A stretch of DNA of 64,000 nucleotides from an uncultured Acidobacteriota bacterium (lineage in GTDB: Bacteria; Acidobacteriota; Thermoanaerobaculia; UBA5066; DATFVB01). The first letter of the stretch is position 1. Each line of letters begins with the position of its first letter. Where the stretch lies: NCBI GenBank assembly GCA_963813155.1, contig CAWEYG010000005.1, forward strand, positions 128,001 through 192,000. Direction: 5' to 3'. This document shows positions 52,336 to 60,397 of the stretch, in pieces. Both the position numbers and the translations under genes were made by a program. Under the pieces are notes generated by a model that did no database searches, was not told where the DNA came from, and saw only the letters and a program-made list of their open reading frames with translations.

Positions 52336-54444
52336 TCAGAACTTCGCGACTTTGTCGATCGCGGCCTCGATGTCCTCGATCTGGGGAAGGATGAACTTCT
52401 CGAGCGGTGGAGCGTAGCCGACAAAAGTATCCGTCGCCGAGACGCGCTCGACCGGCGCGTCGAGCCACGCGAACAGTTCGTTGCCGATTCGCGCCGCGAT
52501 CTCCGAGGCGTATCCCCAGGAAATCGGGTCTTCGGAGCAGACGACGACCCGGTTCGTCTTCTTCACCGATTCGGAAATGGCCTCCCAGTCGTACGGCGAG
52601 AGCGACCGCAGGTCGAGGATCTCGGTCGAAACGTTCGATTTTTCGGCGATCCTCGCGGCCGCGACGATCGACCGCTGCACCTGAGCGCCGTAGCAGATCA
52701 GCGTCACGCCGGTTCCCGCCTGCACGAGCCGCGCTTTCCCGAACGGGATGCTGTAGTCCGGGCCCGGGTAGAGCCCCTTGTTGTAGGTCTGGCGGTAGAG
52801 GTGCTTGTGCTCGAGAAACATCACCGGGTCGTCGCAGCGGATGGCCGTGCGCAGGAGGCCGTTGGCGTCCTGCGCGTTGGAGGGAAGGACGACGCGCAGG
52901 CCCGGGATGTGCGTGAACATGGTGGGATCGCACTGCGAGTGGTAGAGAGCGCCCGCGATGTAGCCGCCGACGGGAACGCGCACGACGAGGGGGGCGGAGA
53001 ACGTCCCCCCGGAACGCCACCGCATCGTGGCGAGCTCGTTTCGCAGCTGCATGTACGCCGGCCAGATGTAGTCGAAGAACTGGATCTCGACGACCGGCTT
53101 CAATCCGCGCACCGCCATCCCGACCGCGCGGCCGATGATGTTCGCTTCCGCGAGCGGCGAGTTGAAAACGCGGTTGTGGCCGTAGAGCCGCTGCAGGTTG
53201 TGCGTGACCTTGAAGACGCCCCCTTTTCCCTTGACCTCCCCGAGCACGGCCTCGCGGGAGGCGTCCGCGACGTCTTCGCCGAACATCACGATGCGGGGGT
53301 CCCGCGCCATCTCGTCGCGCATGCAGGCGTTGAGCAGGTCGACCATCGTCTGCGGGCCGCCCTCCTCCTTCTTCGGCGTGTCGAACGAGGGAGACGTCGG
53401 GTCGATCGTCTCGGAATAGACCCAGCGAAGCGCGCTCTCCGGTTCGGGCAGGGGGGCCGCCACGGCGCGATCGGCGTCCTCGTCGATCTGCTTTTCGATT
53501 TCCTTGTGGATCGCCGCCAGGTCCGCCTCGGTCGCGATCCCTTCGGCGACGAGGAACTTCGGAAAGGTCGTCAGCGGGTCGCGAGCGAGGTCCTTCTCGC
53601 GCTCGAGCGCGGGGCGGTAGCTCTTTTCGTCGTCGGAGCCGGAGTGCGAGTAGGGGCGGATGACGTGGGCATGGACGAGCGCGGGTCCCTTGCGCTGGCG
53701 GCAGTATTCCGCCGCGAACCGGAGCGCGTCGTACGATTCGAGAAAATCACACCCGTCCACTTCCGTGATGAACAGGTTGGGAAAACCGCGGACGAGCTTC
53801 GAGATCGAGCCGCCCGCCGTCGTGACCTCGACGGGAACCGAAATCGCATAGCCGTTGTCCTCGATGAGGTACAGGACCGGGAGCCTCAGGTTGCAGGCGG
53901 TGTTGAGGGACTCCCAGAATTCGCCTTCGGCGATCTGCCCATCCCCTCCGGAGACGTACACGATCTCGTCTTTGTGGAACTCCCCGTGCGTTTCGACCGT
54001 CGGGAGCTTGGCCATCCGCATGCCCGCTTCCGCGAGGCCCACGGCGTTGAGGAACTGCATTCCGGTGCAGGAGGATTTCGACACGAGATTGAGTTTCTTG
54101 TGTCCCCAGTGGGCCGGCATCTGGCGGCCCCCGGACGCGGGATCATCCTTGGAGCCCGTCCCCTGGAGGAACATCTCGTAGGGAGTCATTCCGAGCGCGA
54201 GGCACAGCGCGCGGTCGCGGTAATACGCGATGAACCAGTCATGGGCGGGGCGCAGGACCATGGCGGCCGCCGTCAGAACCGCTTCGTGCCCGACGCCGTT
54301 GATCTGAAAGTACGTCTTGTTCTGGCGCTTGAGCTGAATTTCCTTGTCGTCGACCTTCCGCGAGAGGTACATGTTCCGGTACGCGGACAGAAGGGCGGAG
54401 GCCTCCAGGCCGTGGTATTTTTCCACCTGCGTTTCAGACGCCAT
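52336..54444 (-). CDS. 2-oxoacid dehydrogenase E1 alpha/beta fusion
   Basis: [43 protein letters not shown]. Confidence 0.93.
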   Translation of the reverse strand: MASETQVEKYHGLEASALLSAYRNMYLSRKVDDKEIQLKRQNKTYFQINGVGHEAVLTAAAMVLRPAHDWFIAYYRDRALCLALGMTPYEMFLQGTGSKDDPASGGRQMPAHWGHKKLNLVSKSSCTGMQFLNAVGLAEAGMRMAKLPTVETHGEFHKDEIVYVSGGDGQIAEGEFWESLNTACNLRLPVLYLIEDNGYAISVPVEVTTAGGSISKLVRGFPNLFITEVDGCDFLESYDALRFAAEYCRQRKGPALVHAHVIRPYSHSGSDDEKSYRPALEREKDLARDPLTTFPKFLVAEGIATEADLAAIHKEIEKQIDEDADRAVAAPLPEPESALRWVYSETIDPTSPSFDTPKKEEGGPQTMVDLLNACMRDEMARDPRIVMFGEDVADASREAVLGEVKGKGGVFKVTHNLQRLYGHNRVFNSPLAEANIIGRAVGMAVRGLKPVVEIQFFDYIWPAYMQLRNELATMRWRSGGTFSAPLVVRVPVGGYIAGALYHSQCDPTMFTHIPGLRVVLPSNAQDANGLLRTAIRCDDPVMFLEHKHLYRQTYNKGLYPGPDYSIPFGKARLVQAGTGVTLICYGAQVQRSIVAAARIAEKSNVSTEILDLRSLSPYDWEAISESVKKTNRVVVCSEDPISWGYASEIAARIGNELFAWLDAPVERVSATDTFVGYAPPLEKFILPQIEDIEAAIDKVAKF

Positions 54445-54498
54445 CAGGAGCCCTCCGTTGGCGCATTCTAACAAAAGGTGAGGGCTCTCGACCCGCTT

Positions 54499-55563
54499 CT
54501 ACTTCCCTTCCGCACCCTCCGCGTTGATGGAGTCCTGCACCTCGGTCTTCTCGGAGAAGTCGTGCGCCGCGGCCATCGCCTTGTCGAACTCCTCCTTCGC
54601 CCGGGCGTGATCCCCTTTCGCGACGTACGCGTCGCCCAGCCCAGCGTGGACGCGCCAGAGCTCTTTGCTCTCGGGGTGCTTCGCCGCGAAGTCCGACAGG
54701 TACGCGACGGCCTCGTCGTATTTCTTTGCCGCCATCAGGGGCGCGACCGTGACGTTGATCGTCTCGGCCTCATTCGCGACGAGCGCGGCGCGCTTCCGGA
54801 GCTCCGCCGCGCCTTTCGCGTCGCCGTTCTTCTCGAGCACGGCGGCCTTCGTCCGCAGCGCCGTAAACGACGAGCCGATCGCGAGCCCGTGATCCGCGTA
54901 CTCCAGCGCCGTCTTCGCGTCGCCGGCGCGAAGCTCCCAGCGCGCGGCAGCCGCCCACGCGTCGGAGCTCCAGTGCTTGCCCCCGCGCAATTCCTCGCGG
55001 ATCGACGCGCGGATCGTCGCGGGCAGGTCCACGTCGATCCGGAACGGAACGCGCAGCTTCTCCCATCGCAGGGAAGCGACGGCGGAGGCGTCCGCCAGGT
55101 CGTCGAACGTGTAGAGGAGGCGCTCCTCCGCTTCGGCGAGCGGGCGGGGAGAAACGGGCACGCGGAGGGCGTCCTCCGACGGCTCGTAGTTGTAGGTTCC
55201 CCAGTCTCCCGTGAACCTGCTGAGAACGAGAGTCCACTGGGAAGGGCCGGGAATCATGTAGAGCGCGTAGGTCCCCGCCGCGACCGGTTTTCCCTCCACC
55301 TGGACGGGAGTCGAAAAGGAAATCGTCGTGTTCTCGTTCGCGCCCGCCCGCCAGAGGACCCCGTACGGCACGAGGCCGTCCCAGATCTTCCGCTTGCTCA
55401 CGGCCGGGCGGTGATAGCGGATCTCGACGTCGGTGACGCCAATCGTCTCTCCCGCGGAGGCGGTCGGGCTCGGCCGCGGAAGCCGAATGGCGGATTGCGC
55501 GAACGCGACAGCAGGCGCGAACGCCCCGACAAACAGGGCCAGACGGGTGAATTTCGATCGCAT
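54499..55563 (-). CDS. DUF2911 domain protein with TPR-like C-terminus
   Basis: PRPSP, YHRPAV..RKIWDGLVPYG..WRAGANE, AGTYALY. Confidence 0.85.
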   Translation of the reverse strand: MRSKFTRLALFVGAFAPAVAFAQSAIRLPRPSPTASAGETIGVTDVEIRYHRPAVSKRKIWDGLVPYGVLWRAGANENTTISFSTPVQVEGKPVAAGTYALYMIPGPSQWTLVLSRFTGDWGTYNYEPSEDALRVPVSPRPLAEAEERLLYTFDDLADASAVASLRWEKLRVPFRIDVDLPATIRASIREELRGGKHWSSDAWAAAARWELRAGDAKTALEYADHGLAIGSSFTALRTKAAVLEKNGDAKGAAELRKRAALVANEAETINVTVAPLMAAKKYDEAVAYLSDFAAKHPESKELWRVHAGLGDAYVAKGDHARAKEEFDKAMAAAHDFSEKTEVQDSINAEGAEGK

Positions 55564-55686
55564 GAGACAAACCTCCCCGCGGTTCGGTACGAACCGGTTT
55601 GGGCATTGTTTCACGCCAGGTCGGGCGCGGGCGGTGTTTCAGGATCGTGAAACGGGCGTGCGAGGCCTTACGGACAAAAGCCTTCC

Positions 55687-56538
55687 CTAGGGGTTGAACC
55701 CGGAGTACGTACTGACCGCCCCGGAGCTGTTCACGCAGTACAGCTGACCCCACAGAGCCGCGCCCCCTGCATCCTGGGTGACGTCCAGGACACCGTCTGA
55801 TAGTGACACGCCGCCGAGCTGGCCGCCGATATCGGGGACAAAGAGATTCGCACACCCTTCGGAGAGAAATGGTGCGCTCTCAGTGAAAAGGCAATCACCG
55901 CTCAAGGTGGAGACCGTCGTCGAGCCGAGTACTTGACCCGCTGGATTTCGGAGCTTCACCGTGGCCGTGAGGTTGGTTACGCTGAAGTTGGAATTGATGC
56001 TCGTTAGGACGAGGTTGCAATGCTCACCTTCATTTTTTGATATTCCCGGGAACGTGAGTTGCGTTGGCCGGGAACGCGAGAGAATCGCCGGCACGCTCAG
56101 TGCCGGGAATTCAGTTTGTGCGTTCGACGCGCGATTGACCGCGTGCACATGGACGACCGGCAGCAGCGCGGGCGATCCGGCGCATGACGCACAGGACGCG
56201 ATGAAGAGAGTAAAGACGTGGTCCTGGGCGAGCGCGGCGATCTGAGCGATGTTGTCCGGATTGATAACGCCGTTCGGGATGCTGAGCGTTTGGCTGCCAT
56301 GTGGAGGAAGTGTCACACTCGTCGTGTTGCAGCCAAAATCGCAGCCACCGATAGCGTTGAAGGCGAATTCCGAGATCACCACAACCATCGGCTCGTCGAA
56401 GGGGTTCGCAAGTTCCACCTGGCTGTCCCACAGCCCGAGTGATCCAACGCCTGCGGCAACGAGCGCGTTTTGGGCGCGTGCCGACGTCGCCACCAGAAAC
56501 CCGATGGACAGTAAGGCCAGCAAACTGTTCTTCCTCAT
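55687..56538 (-). CDS. Secreted hypothetical protein with Cys pairs
   Basis: GGGAGG RBS; signal peptide; GVGSLGLWDSQVELANP; codon usage less GC-biased than core genes. Confidence 0.7.
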   Translation of the reverse strand: MRKNSLLALLSIGFLVATSARAQNALVAAGVGSLGLWDSQVELANPFDEPMVVVISEFAFNAIGGCDFGCNTTSVTLPPHGSQTLSIPNGVINPDNIAQIAALAQDHVFTLFIASCASCAGSPALLPVVHVHAVNRASNAQTEFPALSVPAILSRSRPTQLTFPGISKNEGEHCNLVLTSINSNFSVTNLTATVKLRNPAGQVLGSTTVSTLSGDCLFTESAPFLSEGCANLFVPDIGGQLGGVSLSDGVLDVTQDAGGAALWGQLYCVNSSGAVSTYSGFNP

Positions 56539-56573
56539 CGACGCCTCCCTCACGGACCCCAACGATCTTAGAC

Positions 56574-58556
56574 TTATGGCAGCCTTCCCGAGACCGGAAC
56601 TGCGTTCGGAGGCTTGACAGGGGAGATGGGGCGATCGACGTGGATGTCCGAGAGCGCCAACCGCTGGACTCCGTTGCCAAGGAAAAAAGCATAGAGCGAG
56701 TCCCCGGTGGCCTGCAGCCCGAGCGGGTAATCGCTCAGGATCCCGCCCAGAAGCGCCTGCCAGTTGCCGCCAGAGAGCGGCTTCGCGAACACGCTGCTGC
56801 CGAGGCCGGGCCCGAGTCCGAAGAGGAAATGATCACTCGACGCCTCCACCGCTCCAACCTCGGCCGCCGCAGATGCCGTCGGGCGCCAGGTCTGTCCGAG
56901 GTCATCGGTCTGAAGCAGGCCTCCGCCAGTCGCGACATAGAGCATTCCACCCACGCCATAGACCTTCCAGGCGCCGCTGTCCGGCTGGAGAACCGCTGAC
57001 CACGAGGCGCCGCCGTCGGTCGATCGGAAGACCGAGTAGTTGTCGGCGACGAAAAGCGCGTTGGCGACGACTGCGATCGCACACGTGGAGCTGGCCGGGA
57101 CCGCGACGGTCACCCAGTCGGCGGGACCGGACTTTCGATAGAGGCGCGGGCTTCCGCCGAAGGTGCCTGCATAAACGACCCCGTCCCCGGAATAGAGAGC
57201 GCAGATCTCGGGATAGGGTCGCTCGATTCCGGAACTGAAGGCGGCCCAGGTGGCGCCCTGGTCGGTGCTTCGAAAGATCCCGTCCGTCTGAGTTCCCAGG
57301 AGGAGCGACCCATCCGGATGATGCAACAGGGAAGCAGGCGAGTCGCCCGGTGTTGGGAAACCTGCCCAGGTCGAGCCGCGATCGTGGCTCGCGAAAAAAT
57401 TTCTTCCGAGATATCCGTAGACCGAGTCTCCTTCGGCAACCGCCGGGCTGAGAGTCCCGATCGGTCCTGAGTTGCTGGGTTCCCAATTCAAGCCGCCGTC
57501 CTCCGTCGCGAAGACCCCCGCGTAGATGCTGCCTGCCAGAAATCGGTCTCCGACCGAGAGAAAGGCGTTGGGAGCGTCAAGACGCAGGCCAGAGGGAGTC
57601 GCCGGAGGAGCCGGCGACCAGTTCGCCCCGCCGTTCACGGTGGAATACAGCCGCGTACAGGGAGGATCCGGGCAAGGTCCTCCGTAACCGGTCACCTCGA
57701 AGAAGGTATTTCCTGAGCCGTAGACAACTTGAGCCTCCCGGTCTGGAACCGTGGGAATAGGGGACCATGAATGACCTCGATCGAGGCTCCGGTAGAAACC
57801 GCCGGGCGTGCGCGCATACAGGGCATCCGTCCAGAGGAGCGAAAAAACGTACTGGCCCGTCAGGCCCGCGGGCTGGAAAGTTACGCCGCCGTCGTCGGAG
57901 CGCACCACTCCATTGTCGGTTCCTGCGAAGAGGGCTCCGTTGGCCCAGAGCAGGGAGTAGGGGATCCCCAGATCGGCTGGTTGTCGTGCCCATGTCGCTC
58001 CCCGGTCGGTCGACCGGTAGACGCCGCTCGTGTCTCCGCAAGGACCCGTCGGGCAGCCCGGTGGCGGAGTCGCCACCCAAATCGTCGTCGGCGAAGCGGC
58101 GACTGCGTTGATCTCGGAACTCGGGCCCTGAGACTTCGTCCACGTCGAGGAGCCGTCGAAGCTCGCGTAGAGAGTTCCAAAGACATCGGCGAAGACGACG
58201 GTGTCGCCCGAGGCAGCGAGGAGCGGCCCGGCGTAGTTCTCGGAGGGAATCTGGCCTCGCGACACTGGTGTCCATGTCCGTGCTCCATCGGTGCTTTTGA
58301 AGACGCCGGCCTCCAACAGATAGACGTAAACGGCGTTCCCCGAAGCTGCAAAGGCCATAGCGTCCCCGCCGGGTGGACTCAGAGGCGGGCCCCAGGTTTG
58401 GCCAGACGTGGCGACCGTCACGAGCAGGAAGACCGCGAGGAGACAGCAGCGAGTCGTCCTCGATGGCACCGCCGGAAATGCTGAACGGGGAGCAGCCTTC
58501 TGGGAATTGCCGAGGAGAGCAGGGATCAAACGGTCTCGTGATCGATACGGGCTCAC
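56574..58556 (-). CDS. Secreted BNR/Asp-box repeat (VPS10-like beta-propeller) protein
   Basis: Many S/T-x-D-x-G-x-T/S-W repeats; signal-like LLAVFLLVTVA; start uncertain. Confidence 0.85.
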   Translation of the reverse strand: MSPYRSRDRLIPALLGNSQKAAPRSAFPAVPSRTTRCCLLAVFLLVTVATSGQTWGPPLSPPGGDAMAFAASGNAVYVYLLEAGVFKSTDGARTWTPVSRGQIPSENYAGPLLAASGDTVVFADVFGTLYASFDGSSTWTKSQGPSSEINAVAASPTTIWVATPPPGCPTGPCGDTSGVYRSTDRGATWARQPADLGIPYSLLWANGALFAGTDNGVVRSDDGGVTFQPAGLTGQYVFSLLWTDALYARTPGGFYRSLDRGHSWSPIPTVPDREAQVVYGSGNTFFEVTGYGGPCPDPPCTRLYSTVNGGANWSPAPPATPSGLRLDAPNAFLSVGDRFLAGSIYAGVFATEDGGLNWEPSNSGPIGTLSPAVAEGDSVYGYLGRNFFASHDRGSTWAGFPTPGDSPASLLHHPDGSLLLGTQTDGIFRSTDQGATWAAFSSGIERPYPEICALYSGDGVVYAGTFGGSPRLYRKSGPADWVTVAVPASSTCAIAVVANALFVADNYSVFRSTDGGASWSAVLQPDSGAWKVYGVGGMLYVATGGGLLQTDDLGQTWRPTASAAAEVGAVEASSDHFLFGLGPGLGSSVFAKPLSGGNWQALLGGILSDYPLGLQATGDSLYAFFLGNGVQRLALSDIHVDRPISPVKPPNAVPVSGRLP

Positions 58557-58605
58557 GATGCGTCGATCATACCCTTCCCCGCCTTATCGCCCCGCCCATC
58601 GCGAG

Positions 58606-58711
58606 TTGGGAGCAGGAGGTCCCCGGTTCGCATTCAGGAAGACCCCCAGAGAAAGTTCCCGCCCTGAATTGCAAGCCTCGACGCAGGCGAGGTGAAGCGC
58701 AATCCGGGCGC
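58606..58711 (+). repeat. tRNA-Pro 3'-half copy with 71-nt T-loop insertion (copy 1, upstream of the tRNA)
   Basis: TTGGGAGCAGGAGGTCCCCGGTTC-[58630-58700]-AATCCGGGCGC. Confidence 0.9.
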
Positions 58712-58729
58712 ATGCCATAATCGCGATCA

Positions 58730-58806
58730 CGGGGCGTAGCGCAGTCCGGTAGCGCTCCTGCTTTGGGAGCAGGAGGTCCCCGGTTCAAATCCGGGCGCCC
58801 CGACCA
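58730..58806 (+). tRNA. tRNA-Pro(TGG)
   Basis: CGGGGCG/CGCCCCG acceptor stem plus ACCA, CCTGC-TTTGGGA-GCAGG anticodon arm, CCCGG-TTCAAAT-CCGGG T-arm. Confidence 0.97.
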
Positions 58807-58941
58807 ACCTTTTCTTTCGTTTAGCCTCGCGTAGCGCGAGGACCATTTCTGACGAGTTCAAAAATGAGTTCAGAGCGTCTCGATTTCAAATCGCTTTCGG
58901 GAGCACAGCGTTCTTAGCGAAGACGGAGACGTGCCGCTGAG

Positions 58942-60063
58942 TTACCGCTCCCGGGCACGCATTATCGATACGACACGAGCTGGCACGACGGGAGAGATGC
59001 ACCTACGTGACGGAGGGCAGCCCAGATCGATTACGAAAACACCGGCGTTCGTCGCGGCGAGCAGACGCCTATCGGCGGCATCAATAGTCAGTTGAACGTA
59101 TTTAAGATCCACGGGCATGCCGCCCTCGAAGAGAGACCACGTCTTCGCGCCGTCCTCGCTGCGAAGGATATGCATAACGTCCGTGGCTGGATCAAAGCTC
59201 ACCGCGTACATGACGCCCGTGCGAGCAGGATCAGCGAGCAGAGAGATCATCCGTAGGGTGCCGAACCCATTGCTCAAGGGAACCCGGTTTGCGGATGTCG
59301 TGTCGGTCCGCCACACGGCGTCGGGCGTTACGGCGTAGAGACCGGTGGAATCCCAATCGCTCTCGCACAGCGAAGAGATCCCATGAAGCGGGCCGGTCGA
59401 TGAATTGTTGAAGAGATGCCACGTCGTTCCCCCATCGATGCTTCGGGACATGTCGGTTCCTCCCGCATAGACAATTGCGGGATCACTTCGATCAACAAGA
59501 ATGGCCTGCAGATAGAAGTCCGTTAAGGGAAGTTCCTTCCACGAACTCATACCTAGCGTGAACTTAAAAGTCCCATCGCAAGGCGGAGGAGTAAGGTGGA
59601 AAGATGCCACCGCCGTTCCGATGTAAATATGGCCGGGAGGCGTCGAGTCGAGCGCAAAAGCATTATTGGGGAAGCATGGAAGGGTCCCGCTGATATCAGT
59701 CCACTGGAATCCGCCATCGGTGCTCAGAAACACGGCGTCGCCGCTGACGGCGACGACAAGCGAAGGGTTGACGGAGCTTACGGTTAGGGAAAAGACCCCT
59801 TCGAAGAACTCGATGCCGTTATCAGACTCCAACCAGGTTAACCCCGAATCGGAGCTTTTGTAGATATGTTCCGACGAGGTATTCCGTACCGAAGCGTAGA
59901 GAACTGTCGGGTTGGAAGGATCGAGGGCAATCGCATCAACGTAGCTACCTTCGAATGCTAGGCTCCTCCACTGGTTGGCGGCGGAAAATGCCACGCGACC
60001 ATCTCCCAAGAATCCGAGTAAGCCGAGAGAAAGCGCGACCACACCTCTCTTCAGCTTCATCAT
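58942..60063 (-). CDS. Secreted BNR/Asp-box repeat protein
   Basis: Signal peptide; SSDSGLTW, STDGGFQW, SIDGGTTW, SEDGAKTW. Confidence 0.85.
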   Translation of the reverse strand: MMKLKRGVVALSLGLLGFLGDGRVAFSAANQWRSLAFEGSYVDAIALDPSNPTVLYASVRNTSSEHIYKSSDSGLTWLESDNGIEFFEGVFSLTVSSVNPSLVVAVSGDAVFLSTDGGFQWTDISGTLPCFPNNAFALDSTPPGHIYIGTAVASFHLTPPPCDGTFKFTLGMSSWKELPLTDFYLQAILVDRSDPAIVYAGGTDMSRSIDGGTTWHLFNNSSTGPLHGISSLCESDWDSTGLYAVTPDAVWRTDTTSANRVPLSNGFGTLRMISLLADPARTGVMYAVSFDPATDVMHILRSEDGAKTWSLFEGGMPVDLKYVQLTIDAADRRLLAATNAGVFVIDLGCPPSRRCISPVVPARVVSIMRARER

Positions 60064-60171
60064 CAGACCTTCTGTACGGACCAGAAGGCGCGGCTGTTTG
60101 CCTTGCTGGATTCCCATGCTGGAATTGCTGAAGATAGAAGAGTTCAAAATCGAGTCCTAGGTGGGGGAATG

Positions 60172-60287
60172 TGCTTTGGGAGCAGGAGGTCCCCGGTTCG
60201 CATTCAGGAAGACCCCCAGAGAAATCCCGCCCTGAATTGCAAGCCTCGCCGCAGGCGAGGTGAAGCGCAATCCGGGCGCCCCGACCA
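60172..60287 (+). repeat. tRNA-Pro 3'-half copy with 69-nt T-loop insertion (copy 2, attR-like)
   Basis: TGCTTTGGGAGCAGGAGGTCCCCGGTTC-[60200-60268]-AATCCGGGCGCCCCGACCA. Confidence 0.92.
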
Positions 60288-60397
60288 ACCTTACTTACCG
60301 CTTTAGCCTCGTGCGCGAGGAACACTTGCGGCTGTTCCTGTGTTTGAGTTGACGACATGAGATGGCTGCCCCTCAAGCTCCGTACAAACATCAGCGC

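Larger units (their letters stand above)
58807..60287. mobile_element. Putative non-autonomous integrated cassette at tRNA-Pro (one cargo gene, no integrase)
   Basis: Bounded by the intact tRNA and a direct repeat of its 3' half; paired GAGTTCA-like direct repeats near both ends. Confidence 0.6.

Noticed and set aside
58606-60330. CRISPR array or intron-containing tRNA genes
   Set aside because: The repeats are tRNA-derived and irregularly spaced, with no cas genes. The insert-bearing copies lack the tRNA 5' half, and the insert is far too short for a group I or II intron.
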